From the NCBI GenBank assembly GCA_965217185.1, contig OZ244252.1, positions 3,648,001 through 3,712,000 on the forward strand: DNA of 64,000 bases, written 5' to 3'. Of this stretch, positions 42,169 to 52,394 are shown piece after piece. The DNA is from an uncultured Candidatus Entotheonella sp. (GTDB lineage Bacteria; Tectomicrobia; Entotheonellia; Entotheonellales; Entotheonellaceae). A program made the position numbers and the translations under genes. Each line of letters starts with the position of its first letter. Positions within the stretch are counted from its first letter, which is position 1. Below the pieces are notes generated by a model. The model saw only the letters and a program-made list of their open reading frames with translations, had not been told where the DNA came from and searched no databases.

Positions 42169-42485
42169 GCGAAAGCGACTTCGAACTGGTTGAGGGAAGC
42201 GGTAATGTGTTTCGTGATCTCGGCGATCCGCATGCGGACCTGAAACAGGCCAAGGCGATCCTGGCGGCCCGGATCATCGCCTTGCTGGACAAGCGCGGCC
42301 TGTCGGTGCGAAAGGCCGCCGACCTGACCAGATTTGCCGCGGCGGACTTCTCGCGCATTCGCAACGCGGATTTGGGACGGTTCACGCTGGACCGGTTGAT
42401 GAAGATGCTCGCCTCCCTTGATGAAAGTCTGCGGGTCACGCTCCATGTCACCAAGCGGCGCGGCGGTCATGGCCACCACGGCTGA
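42165..42485 (+). CDS. XRE-family HTH antitoxin
   Basis: GSGNVFRDLG..ADFSRIRNADLGRFTLDRL; ATGA overlap with toxin. Confidence 0.88.
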   Translation: MSESDFELVEGSGNVFRDLGDPHADLKQAKAILAARIIALLDKRGLSVRKAADLTRFAAADFSRIRNADLGRFTLDRLMKMLASLDESLRVTLHVTKRRGGHGHHG

Positions 42486-43019
42486 CGTGTGAGGCGGCTT
42501 GGCCAAGTAGAATGTAGAGGTTTCCATGACCGAAATTTCCAGCGCAAGTTGCCTCGCCGCATGGCTGGGGGACAAGCCACCGGAATTCGCTTGCGTGCTG
42601 GCGATACGAATCTCACTGCGGGTGGCTCCGATACCGAGAAACACATTGTGTGCGGATGATGTGCCGCGCCCGCATTGTGCTGCCCTGTTTTCGCGCGCTG
42701 GCTGCAGCGAGCTTCGCGGCGCGTGGCCTGAGCGGATCGCGGATATACGACAGGCGGCCCACAGTACCGCGCGTGAGGCGCGCGATGCGATGTCGGAAAC
42801 GTACAATGAAGGCCAGGAATGTGGTTGAAAGCAGGCAGGTCGTTCCCGAAGAGCGGTGGGTCGGCTGATGCACGTCGGTATCAAGGGTTACGTGGCAGAC
42901 CGCGGCACTTTTCTGCGCTTGCGCTGTGCTGTCCGCTCCGGTTTTGACGCCGCTGGCCAAGGGCATGGGGGTCATGTCGCTGGAGGCCTGGATGGGATTG
43001 TGGCGGGCCAGCAATTCCT

Positions 43020-43418
43020 GTTAGTCGCAAAACCTCTTGTTCCAGGCGGGTTCCGGTGACATTGAGAAAAAGTTCATCGTAGACTCCAAAGCGTCGACCG
43101 GGTTCATGATCTCGTCACTGCACGTCGGGAGAAGAACAATGGCAAGGGGAAACCGATGTTGCGCAAGACGCTGAGCACGGTGGGTCTTCTGAGGACGGTG
43201 CGGTCGTGCTTCGAGCGCATCGAGGATGCGGTGTCGAGTCGGCTCTGGCGGTGTTCGGGATGAAGTCCCCGTCCCTGCTGCAGTTTCGACCGGGAGTCGC
43301 GGAGCGACGGCGCAGTGCGCGCCAACCTGCGCAGCCTCTACGGGGTGGAGCGGGCGCCGTCGGACACGCGGATGCGCGAGCGCCTGGACGAGGTGGATGC
43401 ACGCGACCTTCGGAGCGT
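43020..43418 (+). mobile_element. Transposase N-terminal remnant (ISNCY/IS4-like)
   Basis: [54 protein letters not shown] in shifting frames; ends approximate. Confidence 0.7.
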
Positions 43419-43924
43419 CTGACCGCCGAGCATCTGGCGGCGGAGCGTCCAAGGCGCGAACAGGGAGCACGGGAGCAGGCGCAACGCGAGGCTCAGGAGC
43501 GTGCTCGGCGCGAAGCCGAGGGACGCGCCCGACGTGAGGCAGAGGCGGAAGCGGAACGTCGTAGGCGGGAGTTGGAGCCCGGGCGGCGCTTCCGCGACTG
43601 TGACGCCTGCCCGGAGCTGGTGGTGGTGCCGGCGGGGTCGTTCATGATGGGGTCGCCGCCGGGCGAGGCCGGGCGAGGCGATGATGAAGGCCCGCAGCAC
43701 CGGGTGACGATTGCCGAGCCGTTCGCGGTAGGGGTGCATGAGGTGACCCGGAGCGAGTTTGCGCGCTTTGTGCGGGAGACGAACCGCTCGACGGGCAATT
43801 CCTGTTGGGTGTTGGACGTCAGTGAAGGGAAATGGGCGGAGCGTTCGGGCCTCAATTGGCGCAACCCCGGCTTCGCGCAGACCGACCGGCATCCGGTGGT
43901 GTGCGTGAATTGGGAGGAGGCGCA
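43419..43924 (+). pseudogene. FGE-sulfatase (C-type lectin fold) protein with coiled-coil linker, truncated; DGR target-like
   Basis: [49 protein letters not shown], then abrupt end. Confidence 0.85.
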
Positions 43925-43927
43925 TCT

Positions 43928-44203
43928 TTGGACAAAGCCTTTCGCGACCGGGCGCGTGAGACGGGACCGGCCTTGGAAGCCCACTACCGTTTCATCGTGT
44001 GGCTGGTACCGACGGTGGAAGGCTTTCCGCGCAGCCAGAAGTTCCTGTTGGGCGACCGCATCCAGCAAGGCGCCCTGGACGTTCTGGAGTCCCTCGTCGA
44101 GGCGACGTATACCCGGCAGCGCGGGCCGCACCTCAGGCGGGCCAACCTGGGCGTCGAGAAGCGTGGCTGTGGCACCCAGTTCAGCGAGATTTTGTCCAAT
44201 TGA
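43928..44203 (+). pseudogene. avd: DGR accessory variability determinant Avd, C-terminally truncated
   Basis: [56 protein letters not shown]; similarity stops near 44160. Confidence 0.82.
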
Positions 44204-44240
44204 AGTTTATTCAAGCAGGAGAGAAGACCACGCCGATCAT

Positions 44241-44298
44241 CCTGGATCAGGTGGTGGGTATTGAAGACGCCCCCGCCGCGTAACGCAAAGTTGGTGAG
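44241..44298 (+). repeat. Diverged direct repeat, copy B
   Basis: CCTGGATCAGGTGG...TAACGCAAAGTTGGTGAG matches 38143-38200. Confidence 0.85.
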
Positions 44299-44542
44299 TC
44301 ACCGATCACTCCCTCCTTTGATCACCTGTCACAAGATGCAACAGTGTGGCAAATCAGCACATCCGCTGGCTTTTTCGTAAATTACACCATAATCAACATG
44401 ATTTCAGACGGTTAGATGCCTCCTCTATCTCCTCAACGCCTTACAAGCCGCTGCATTCTGCATCGCCCCGGAATCCGTCCATCCCCACGCACAGATCATC
44501 TAACGTTCTTTGCAGAAAGGACTTATCGGCTCGCCGGGGATT

Positions 44543-44558
44543 TGGCACCATTGATGCT
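44543..44558 (+). promoter_or_regulatory. Putative sigma54 promoter
   Basis: TGGCAC-CATTG-ATGCT (-24/-12). Confidence 0.5.
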
Positions 44559-44643
44559 TTAGTAGTGGCCCGATTCGGCACCGATACAACCAGAATCGAA
44601 AATACAGCAGAGACCAGATTCAACCTTTTCAGGGAGTACAGTC

Positions 44644-44922
44644 GTGCATAACGCCAAGTCCCATCGCGTCTGGAAAGTCGCGGAGGCCAAGGTCCGTTTA
44701 TCGGAAATTCTGCGGCTTTCGGAAACGGAGGGTCCGCAGCACATCGGCGCGCGGAAATCCTTTGTCGTGGTGCCTGCCCACCTGTGGGCTGAGCGTGAGA
44801 CGCCTCGCAAGCCGCTTGGCCCATGGCTGGTTGAAAACACACCGCGCGGCACAAGCCTTGAAATTCCTGGATGCTGCGACTACGGGCTCGAGATTCCGTT
44901 TATCGACGAGGTGGACGCATGA
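44644..44922 (+). CDS. Phd/YefM-family antitoxin (orphan)
   Basis: WKVAEAKVRLSEILRLSETEGPQHIG; ends in an ATGA overlap with no toxin following. Confidence 0.75.
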   Translation: MHNAKSHRVWKVAEAKVRLSEILRLSETEGPQHIGARKSFVVVPAHLWAERETPRKPLGPWLVENTPRGTSLEIPGCCDYGLEIPFIDEVDA

Positions 44923-44957
44923 TTGGAGCGGAAAAGGTGTTGCCGAACGGGCAATGA

Positions 44958-46034
44958 TCAGTACGGGAACGGCCAGCGGCGCAGTTTTTCTTTGCCGATT
45001 TGCCACAGGCGGGCGAGGCCGCGGGGTTCAAGGATGAGGAAGGCGATGATGAAGCCGCCGAAGACGATGAACTCGATTTCCTTGGCGAGGTCGACAGGCA
45101 TATCAAGGCCGACGAGGTGGGGCGCGTTGGTGAGGAAAATGGGCAGCATGGTAATGAACGCCGCCCCGATGATGGAGCCGAGGATGCTGCCCAGGCCGCC
45201 GATGATGACCATGAAAAGCACCTCGAACGACACGTTGATGTCAAAGGCCAGGGTTTCGACGCTGCCGAGGTAGACGAATAGCATCAGGGCGCCGGCGATG
45301 CCGCAGTAGAACGAGCTGACGGCGAAGGCCGACAGCTTGGTCGTCAGGGGCCGGATGCCGATGATCTCCGCCGCCACGTCCATGTCGCGGATGGCCATCC
45401 AGGTGCGGCCGATCTCACTACGCACCAGATTCTTGGCGATCAGGGCGAAGACCACCACGAAGCTCAGCACCACCAGGTAGCGCACCGCGGCGGTGGCTTC
45501 GGGGCCGGTCACCATGATGCCCATAAGGGTTCGCGGCGGCGCGGTGATGGTGCCGGACGGGTTGTAGTTGTAGAACCAGGCGACGCGGTTGAACAGCCAG
45601 GTGAGGAAAAACTGCGCCGCCAGCGTTGTCACCGCCAGATACAGCCCCTTGATGCGCAGGCTCGGCAGCCCGAACACCAGGCCGACGCCGGCGGCCATGA
45701 CGCCCGCAAACAGGAAGACGACCACCATATTCAGTTCCGGCATGGCGGTGGTCAACTTGTAGGCGGTGTAGGCGCCAACCGCCATGAAGCCGCCGGTGCC
45801 GAGGGACAACTGACCGGTGTAGCCGGTGAGCAGATTGAGGCCGATGGCTGCCAAGGCATAGATCAGGAAGGGAATGAACACGGCTTGCAGCCAGTACTCA
45901 TTGGCCAGGGTCGGCACGACCCCGTACGCCGCCACCAGCACCAGCGCGACGCACCAGCGGTCCTGGGCAATCGGAAAGATGGCCTGATCGCGCCGGTACG
46001 ACGTTTTGAACTGCCCGGTCTCACGATACAGCAT
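44958..46034 (-). CDS. Liv-type ABC permease (LivM-like)
   Basis: MLYRETGQFK, GLNLLTGYTGQLSLG, LRIKGLYLA, IIGGLGS. Confidence 0.92.
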   Translation of the reverse strand: MLYRETGQFKTSYRRDQAIFPIAQDRWCVALVLVAAYGVVPTLANEYWLQAVFIPFLIYALAAIGLNLLTGYTGQLSLGTGGFMAVGAYTAYKLTTAMPELNMVVVFLFAGVMAAGVGLVFGLPSLRIKGLYLAVTTLAAQFFLTWLFNRVAWFYNYNPSGTITAPPRTLMGIMVTGPEATAAVRYLVVLSFVVVFALIAKNLVRSEIGRTWMAIRDMDVAAEIIGIRPLTTKLSAFAVSSFYCGIAGALMLFVYLGSVETLAFDINVSFEVLFMVIIGGLGSILGSIIGAAFITMLPIFLTNAPHLVGLDMPVDLAKEIEFIVFGGFIIAFLILEPRGLARLWQIGKEKLRRWPFPY

Positions 46035-46036
46035 GC

Positions 46037-46972
46037 TTATACCCTTTCGATGATTTCTTCCCCGAACAGCCCCTGCGGCCTGAAGAACAACACGACCATT
46101 GCCAGCACGTAGGCGAACCAGTTCTCGATGGCGCCGCCAAAGGCCGGACCCCAGTAGACCTCGCCGATTTTCTCCCCAACCCCGATGATGAGCCCGCCGA
46201 CAATGGCGCCGGGGATGGACGTGATGCCACCCAGAATCAGCACCGGCAGGGCCTTTAACGCAATGAGCGACAGGCTGAACTGCACGCCGCTCTTCGATCC
46301 CCACATGATGCCCGCAACCAGGGCCACCAGACCTGCCACGGACCACACCGTGACCCAGATCGTCTGCAACGGAATGCCCACCGCGGTCGCCGCCTGATGG
46401 TCGTCCGCCACGGCGCGTAAAGCCCGCCCGATGGCGGTCTTCTGGGACAACACGGCCAGCAGGACCACCAGCACCGCGGCGGTCAACGCGGAAAACAACT
46501 CGAACTGGTTGAGCAGCATGCCGGCGAAATCGAAGGAATCGTCCGGGATGCCCAGGTCCAGGCGCTTGACGTTGCTGCCCCACAGCAGCTCGCCAAAGCC
46601 TTCGAGGAAGAACGACAGCCCGATGGTTGCCATCAGCAGCGTCAGCGGGTCCTGATTGACCAGCGGCCGCAGCACCAGCCGTTCGATGCCGTAGGCCAGC
46701 GCCACCATGACCGCGACGGTGACGGGCAGCGCGACCCAGACCGGCACGCCGCGCTCCATCTGCCCGACGAGCGTCAGGGCGGCGAACAGCACCATGATGC
46801 CCTGGGAAAAATTGAATACGCCGGAAGCCTTGAAGATGAGCACGAAGCCGAGCGCCACCATCGAATACATGACGCCCGTCATGAGCCCGCCGAGCACGAC
46901 CTCGGCAAAGAAAATCGGAGCCGACAGGATCTCCGTAAATGGCGTCACAAACCAAATGTCGAAGAAGCCCAT
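46037..46972 (-). CDS. Liv-type ABC permease (LivH-like)
   Basis: YSMVALGFVLIFKASGVFNF, GRALRAVADD, RPQGLFG. Confidence 0.92.
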   Translation of the reverse strand: MGFFDIWFVTPFTEILSAPIFFAEVVLGGLMTGVMYSMVALGFVLIFKASGVFNFSQGIMVLFAALTLVGQMERGVPVWVALPVTVAVMVALAYGIERLVLRPLVNQDPLTLLMATIGLSFFLEGFGELLWGSNVKRLDLGIPDDSFDFAGMLLNQFELFSALTAAVLVVLLAVLSQKTAIGRALRAVADDHQAATAVGIPLQTIWVTVWSVAGLVALVAGIMWGSKSGVQFSLSLIALKALPVLILGGITSIPGAIVGGLIIGVGEKIGEVYWGPAFGGAIENWFAYVLAMVVLFFRPQGLFGEEIIERV

Positions 46973-47006
46973 GTGAACGGAACCCTCGGAGAAATTTGCG
47001 TTGGCG

Positions 47007-47810
47007 TCAGGTGTGCGCCACACCCAGGTAGGCGTCGATGACGTCCGGGTTGGCGCGCACCTCGTCCGGCGATCCGTCGGCGATCTTGCGGCCGTAGTCG
47101 AGCACCACGACGCGGTCCGAGATGTCCATCACCACGCCCATGTCGTGCTCGATGAGCACGCAGGTAATGTCAAACTCGTCGCGAATGTCGAGGATGAAGC
47201 GGCACATGTCCTCCTTCTCCTCCACGTTCATGCCGGCCATGGGTTCATCGAGCAGCAGCAGGCGCGGTTCGGCGGCCAGCGCACGGCCCAATTCAACGCG
47301 TTTCTGCAAGCCGTATGGCAGGCGCCCGACCGGAGTCTTGCGAATGGCCTCGATCTCCAGAAAGTTGATTACCCGCTCGACGTACGCCCGGTGCGACTCC
47401 TCCTCACGCAGCGCCCGGCCCCAGTACAGCGCCTGGCTCAGCAGGCCGCTGCGCATGTGCAGAACGCGGCCGGTCATGAGGTTGTCGAGGGTGCTCATGC
47501 CCTTGAACAACGCCACATTCTGAAAGGTGCGGGCGATGCCCTGGCGGGCGACGTGATAGGGGCGCAGGTTGCGCGGGCGGGTCTGGCCCATGAACACCAG
47601 GCGGCCCTGCTGCGGGCGATAGACGCCGTTGATGACGTTGAGCAGCGAGGTCTTGCCGGCGCCGTTCGGGCCGATGATGGCGAGGATTTCGCCGCCGTAG
47701 ACCTCGATGCTGACGTCGATCAGCGCTTGCACGGCGCCGAAGGACAGGCTGACGCCTTCGACGCTCAACAGACTCTCGCGGTTGCTCATGGTATCTGCCT
47801 CTGCCTTCAA
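47007..47810 (-). CDS. Liv-type ABC ATP-binding protein (LivG-like)
   Basis: GPNGAGKT, RTFQN, LPYGLQKRVE, LDEPMAG, IEHDM. Confidence 0.92.
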   Translation of the reverse strand: MKAEADTMSNRESLLSVEGVSLSFGAVQALIDVSIEVYGGEILAIIGPNGAGKTSLLNVINGVYRPQQGRLVFMGQTRPRNLRPYHVARQGIARTFQNVALFKGMSTLDNLMTGRVLHMRSGLLSQALYWGRALREEESHRAYVERVINFLEIEAIRKTPVGRLPYGLQKRVELGRALAAEPRLLLLDEPMAGMNVEEKEDMCRFILDIRDEFDITCVLIEHDMGVVMDISDRVVVLDYGRKIADGSPDEVRANPDVIDAYLGVAHT

Positions 47811-49765
47811 CCGACCCGAGCCAGCGTTTCCGAAGCCCTCGGGGTGACGCTGCGGAGCCGCAGGTCCGCCTTCATCATGCCGGTGCGCCCGTCCTCGAAA
47901 ACCACCTGCGCCTCAATCGATACGGATTCGCCGTCGCTGTACAGGGCTTCGATGAGCTCGCCGTACTTGTCGGCGACGACGCGCCGCCGCACCTTGCGAG
48001 TGCGGGTCAGCTCGCCGTCATCGGGGTCGAGCTCCTTGTGCAGCACCAGGAAGCGCTGCGTCTGGGCGCCGGCCATCTGCGGCTCCTCGGCCAGGCTGGC
48101 GTTGACGCGCTCGATCTCGCTCTGCACGAGGTCGTAGACTTCCGGGCGCGCCGCCAGGTCGGCGTAGCTGGTGTAGACCAGGCCGCGCCGTTCGGCCCAG
48201 GTGCCGACCGCCTCCAGGTCAATGTTGATGAAGGCGCTGACGTAGGGTCGTTCATGCCCGAAGGCAACGGCCTCCTTGACGTAGGGGCTGAACTTCAGCT
48301 TGTTTTCGAGGTAGCGCGGTGCGAACAGCGTCTCCTGCCCGTCGTCGAGGTGGCTGACGTCGCGGGCGCGGTCGATGATCTTCAGGTGTCCCCCGTCGTC
48401 CAGGTAGCCGGCGTCGCCCGAATGCACCCAGCCGTCTTCCATCGCCTCAGCGGTGGCGTCGGGGTTCTTGTAATAGCCCAGGAACACGCCCGGACTGCGG
48501 TACATGACCTCGCCGTCGGCGGCGATCTTGAGCTCCACGTCGGGCATCACCGTGCCGACGGTATCGGGCTTCACGTCGCCGTCCGGTTGCACGCAGACGA
48601 AGACGCTGGCTTCCGTCATGCCGTAAAGCTGCTTGATGTTGATGCCGAGAGAGCGGTAGAAGGTGAAAATTTCGGAGCCGATGGCCTCGCCGGCGGTGTA
48701 GGCCAAGCGGATGCGGCTGAAGCCCAGGTTGTCCTTGAGCGGCCCGTAGACCAGCGCGTGGCCGAGACGGTACAGGAAGGCGTCGAGGGGATTGACGGCC
48801 TCCTTGGCGAGCTTGCGGGTGCCGACGCGCTGCGCTACCTGCAGGAAGAAGTGGCACACCTTGCGCTTGATCCAGGCGGCGTCTTCGAGGCGGATCATCA
48901 CCGACGTCAGGATGTTTTCCCACATGCGCGGCGGCGCGAAGAAGTAGGTCGGGCCGATGTCGTGCAAGTCCGTGAGCACCGTGTCGCTGCTCTCCGGGCA
49001 ATTGAGGGTGAAGCCGCCGCAATAAAACTGCCCGTATGAAAAGATGTGGTCGCCGACCCACGCCATCGGCAGGTACGACAGGATTTCCTCACTTTCCCCC
49101 AGCCCCTCGCGCTGTAGCGCGTTGCGGGAGGTGACGGCGATGTTGTCGTACGACAGCATGACGCCCTTTGGCCGCCCCGTGGTGCCGGAGGTGTAGAGAA
49201 TGACCGACAGGTCGCCGCCTTTGCCCAGGGCGACCTGCTCCTCGAAAAACCCGGGCTGCTGGGCGTCGAACTCGCGGCCCGCCGCCTGGATGGCCTCGAA
49301 GGCGAACAGGAACGGCTCGCTGTAGTGGCGCAGTCCGCGCAGGTCGTCGTAAACGATCAGTTCGAGTTGCGGGCAGCGCGGCATGACGAGCAGCAGCTTG
49401 TCCACCTGCTCCTGGTCCTCGACGATGGCGAAGCGCGTTTCGGCGTGTTCCAGGACGAACTGCGTTTCCTCGGCCACGGCGTCCTGGTACAGCGGCACCG
49501 GCACCCCGCCGATGCACTGCGCCGCCACCATGGCCCAGTAAAGCTGCGGCCGGTTGTCGCCGATGATAGCCACTTTGTCGCCGCGCTGCAGGCCCTTGGC
49601 GGCCAGCCCGCAGGCCAGTGCCCGCACCTCGTCGAGTATCTGCCCCCAACTGTATTCCAGCCAGATACCGAAGTCCTTCTCACGCATGGCGGTACGCTCC
49701 GCATGGCGGCCAGCGCGGTCGAGGAGAAATTTGGGAAAGGTGTCGGGCGCACTGGGCTGTTGCAT
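47807..49765 (-). CDS. Long-chain acyl-CoA synthetase, first gene of the ABC operon
   Basis: REKDFGIW, YTSGTTGRPKGVM, YGMTE, HSGDAG, ELTRTRKVRR. Confidence 0.92.
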   Translation of the reverse strand: MQQPSAPDTFPKFLLDRAGRHAERTAMREKDFGIWLEYSWGQILDEVRALACGLAAKGLQRGDKVAIIGDNRPQLYWAMVAAQCIGGVPVPLYQDAVAEETQFVLEHAETRFAIVEDQEQVDKLLLVMPRCPQLELIVYDDLRGLRHYSEPFLFAFEAIQAAGREFDAQQPGFFEEQVALGKGGDLSVILYTSGTTGRPKGVMLSYDNIAVTSRNALQREGLGESEEILSYLPMAWVGDHIFSYGQFYCGGFTLNCPESSDTVLTDLHDIGPTYFFAPPRMWENILTSVMIRLEDAAWIKRKVCHFFLQVAQRVGTRKLAKEAVNPLDAFLYRLGHALVYGPLKDNLGFSRIRLAYTAGEAIGSEIFTFYRSLGINIKQLYGMTEASVFVCVQPDGDVKPDTVGTVMPDVELKIAADGEVMYRSPGVFLGYYKNPDATAEAMEDGWVHSGDAGYLDDGGHLKIIDRARDVSHLDDGQETLFAPRYLENKLKFSPYVKEAVAFGHERPYVSAFINIDLEAVGTWAERRGLVYTSYADLAARPEVYDLVQSEIERVNASLAEEPQMAGAQTQRFLVLHKELDPDDGELTRTRKVRRRVVADKYGELIEALYSDGESVSIEAQVVFEDGRTGMMKADLRLRSVTPRASETLARVG

Positions 49766-49867
49766 GGGATTCTGTGCTTTCTTTAACCACGGGATCAATA
49801 AGGCGCCGTAACTTGTGCTCGACAAGCCCGACCGTCGTGCTGAGGTAGCCGTTATTCGCTCTTGAGT

Positions 49868-50212
49868 TTAACCAGCAGCTTCCTTATCTACAAACCGCAC
49901 TGCCGTGCCATAGCCTATCAACTCGGCGGCGCCTTCTGCGACGTTCGAGGTAACGAGTCGCATTCCAATCACCGCATCAGCTTTCATCTCCTGAGCTTGC
50001 TCGGCCATGCGCTGGAGTACGATATGGCCGGTCTGTTGCAACATATCCGAATAACCCCGCAACTCTCCTCCAACTGACCAGTTTTTGACATTCGCAGCCA
50101 TGTCACCTAGCAGAGGCTTGCTGCGACAACACGCCACCAAGATTGGCGCGATAGGCCTACACTCTTTTCCGTCAATCGTCTCCGTCGTTACGATTAAGAG
50201 GTCTGTTGTCAT
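49868..50212 (-). CDS. YbjQ/UPF0145 heavy-metal-binding family protein
   Basis: IVTTETI..GGELRGY..ADAVIGMR..ELIGYGTAV. Confidence 0.85.
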   Translation of the reverse strand: MTTDLLIVTTETIDGKECRPIAPILVACCRSKPLLGDMAANVKNWSVGGELRGYSDMLQQTGHIVLQRMAEQAQEMKADAVIGMRLVTSNVAEGAAELIGYGTAVRFVDKEAAG

Positions 50213-50250
50213 TGCCTCTGTCTCCTGTTTCCTGTCGACTCCACCGCCGC

Positions 50251-52323
50251 TCAAGTAACCGGTGATGAGCGACGATGCCTCTTGTTTTCCCTCTTGTAAC
50301 TTATCCGCCAGCAGAACCAGAAGACAGGGATCAGGACTATAAACAGCACCACGATTGAGCCTATTTTCTTCCCCTCTTGCCGCAGCAGATGAAATGCCTG
50401 TAGGCCTAAAGGGAGGTGATGGAAGAATCGGACCCGACTCAGTCCCTCTTCTGTCTGGAGGACATCGCACGGATAACCCTCCTTATGGAGATAAATGGCA
50501 TTCTCGGTCACCTTGCGTTGATGTTGGCCGGCGGCTGGTCCCACATAAGTATCCCAGAGTCGTACTCCGCACAGGCCAACATCGGCAAAGATGGGGGTTA
50601 GTTCATCACGCTCGCCTATTTCACGGGCAAGATCGCGGGCCATCTGTTTCCGCTCTGTGAGGCGATAATCAGTCACGGCTGACAAGGCGTCAAATCGGGC
50701 TGGGTCACGGTAGCGTTCCCAGATTCGGAAAGTCCACTGACTCAGAAACGCCTCGGCAGCCTCGGTATTTCTCTGATAGGCCCGGTCCACGACATCCAGC
50801 ACTGGCGGGCTGCCGAACAGATTAAAAAGCTTATCCGTATCCGGTGCTACAAGCGGAGCAACAATCCGGAAGAGCTTTTCGTGACGGGAGATATTCTCAA
50901 GCGTGGCCGATGGTATACTGGATGGCGACGTCCGTTCCAGCAATGCTAGCACCAGACCCCGGCGTGCCGGTTCGCTCAAACGGGAGTACTGTTCAAATAC
51001 CGTGCGAACATCGTACCAGTCCAGTTTTTTTCCAGTCCGAACGACTTCAAGAAAAGTGGGCACGCCAAGGCGGTTGGCTGTGACCAGGACTTCCCGACCA
51101 TGCTGGGCGTACTCTTGCAGGAGCCATGGACCCAGTTCACGGGCCAGGCGAGCCAATTCCTGTTCGTCTGGAGCATGGACAATCAGCAGCAGCAGATCAT
51201 CCAAGGGCGCTTGGACGATGATCTCTTGCCCGAACACGCCACTAACCAAGCTCAGATCTTCGACAATTTCCTGGGTATGGCGGCCTTTCTGCGTTTGTTC
51301 GGTAATGTAATCCTTGACATTCGGCGAGATGGCAAAGATATGAGCGGCTTCCAATATCCGCTCCACTTCTCGGCGACAGTGGTCAGACCATCTGTGTAAA
51401 AATGGGCGGATTTCCTGCTCAAGCTGCTGGCGAGTGGAGGGTTCACCTTCTTCAGCAGGCTGGTCCCAGAGCGTGGTTAGGGTGAACTCTTCTTGATACC
51501 TGATGAGAAACTGTTCCCGGAGTGTCTGCTCCAGAGACGTTTTCGCTTGGGCAGCATCCCAGACATCAAAGGCCAGTAACAGAGCACCCACGACGGGAAT
51601 GAACTTGCCAGCCACTTTGCCAGCCATCTTGAGGCTCACCATTCTTACAATCTTACGGCGCAAAACGATAAGCAGTATGCCGGTGAGGCCGAGTGCTGGT
51701 CTCACCACATTTGGCCGATAATCTTCCGCCGACGATTGAGAAGGTACCGAAAGGGGTGGGGCAGTCAAATGCGGGGTATCCCAGGCTGGAAAATGGCGGA
51801 CGAGGATTTCGAGAAATGGCGCACGGATGGTGTCCTGGGCCTGTTTGAACGCAGCGGCCCAAATTTCTTCGAGCTGGCTGTCGATAGATGCAATCAGGTT
51901 CGCTTGGTAAGGCTCAATCTCGGCCTGGGCGCGGCCGATAAAATCTTCAACCAGAGCGTCAAGACCACTCGAATCAATCCTCGTTCCCGCCTTCAACTGC
52001 TCCCACGCGACTTCCAGGCGTCCCACATCTTCCGGCAGTGAGACGGTTTGCAAGGATTGCTCAATTTCCTTGTAGTGCGTATCGAATTGCCCCCGAAGTT
52101 CATCCCGGAAGAAACTATCCAGCCGGGCTATGATGCGGGCGACCTCGCCAGCAATGCGGTCGGGACTTTGGGTGATTTCCCGAGCGGCTAAGGCCTTTTT
52201 GCTGTTGGCATCAATGAGGAGTTGCTCAATGGTAGGCTCTGCTTCAAGTCCAGTTCGCCCGTGAACAATGCCGCTGAGGGGCAACAAAACGACCATGGCG
52301 TAAAAGAGGAACCTCATTACCAT
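50251..52323 (-). CDS. Large hypothetical membrane-anchored protein
   Basis: ~690-aa ORF with N-terminal signal, central hydrophobic pair and C-terminal TM; less GC-biased; start uncertain. Confidence 0.75.
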   Translation of the reverse strand: MVMRFLFYAMVVLLPLSGIVHGRTGLEAEPTIEQLLIDANSKKALAAREITQSPDRIAGEVARIIARLDSFFRDELRGQFDTHYKEIEQSLQTVSLPEDVGRLEVAWEQLKAGTRIDSSGLDALVEDFIGRAQAEIEPYQANLIASIDSQLEEIWAAAFKQAQDTIRAPFLEILVRHFPAWDTPHLTAPPLSVPSQSSAEDYRPNVVRPALGLTGILLIVLRRKIVRMVSLKMAGKVAGKFIPVVGALLLAFDVWDAAQAKTSLEQTLREQFLIRYQEEFTLTTLWDQPAEEGEPSTRQQLEQEIRPFLHRWSDHCRREVERILEAAHIFAISPNVKDYITEQTQKGRHTQEIVEDLSLVSGVFGQEIIVQAPLDDLLLLIVHAPDEQELARLARELGPWLLQEYAQHGREVLVTANRLGVPTFLEVVRTGKKLDWYDVRTVFEQYSRLSEPARRGLVLALLERTSPSSIPSATLENISRHEKLFRIVAPLVAPDTDKLFNLFGSPPVLDVVDRAYQRNTEAAEAFLSQWTFRIWERYRDPARFDALSAVTDYRLTERKQMARDLAREIGERDELTPIFADVGLCGVRLWDTYVGPAAGQHQRKVTENAIYLHKEGYPCDVLQTEEGLSRVRFFHHLPLGLQAFHLLRQEGKKIGSIVVLFIVLIPVFWFCWRISYKRENKRHRRSSPVT

Positions 52324-52394
52324 GTTCTTATTGTCTCGGAGGAAAATTTTCACGGGAAGCCCTCCGTTGTTTTTTGCGCCAATCATTCAGACGC

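Noticed and set aside
44958..46955. 665-aa fused permease ORF
   Set aside because: The upstream part is an alternative frame of the livH-like gene; the real start is 46034.
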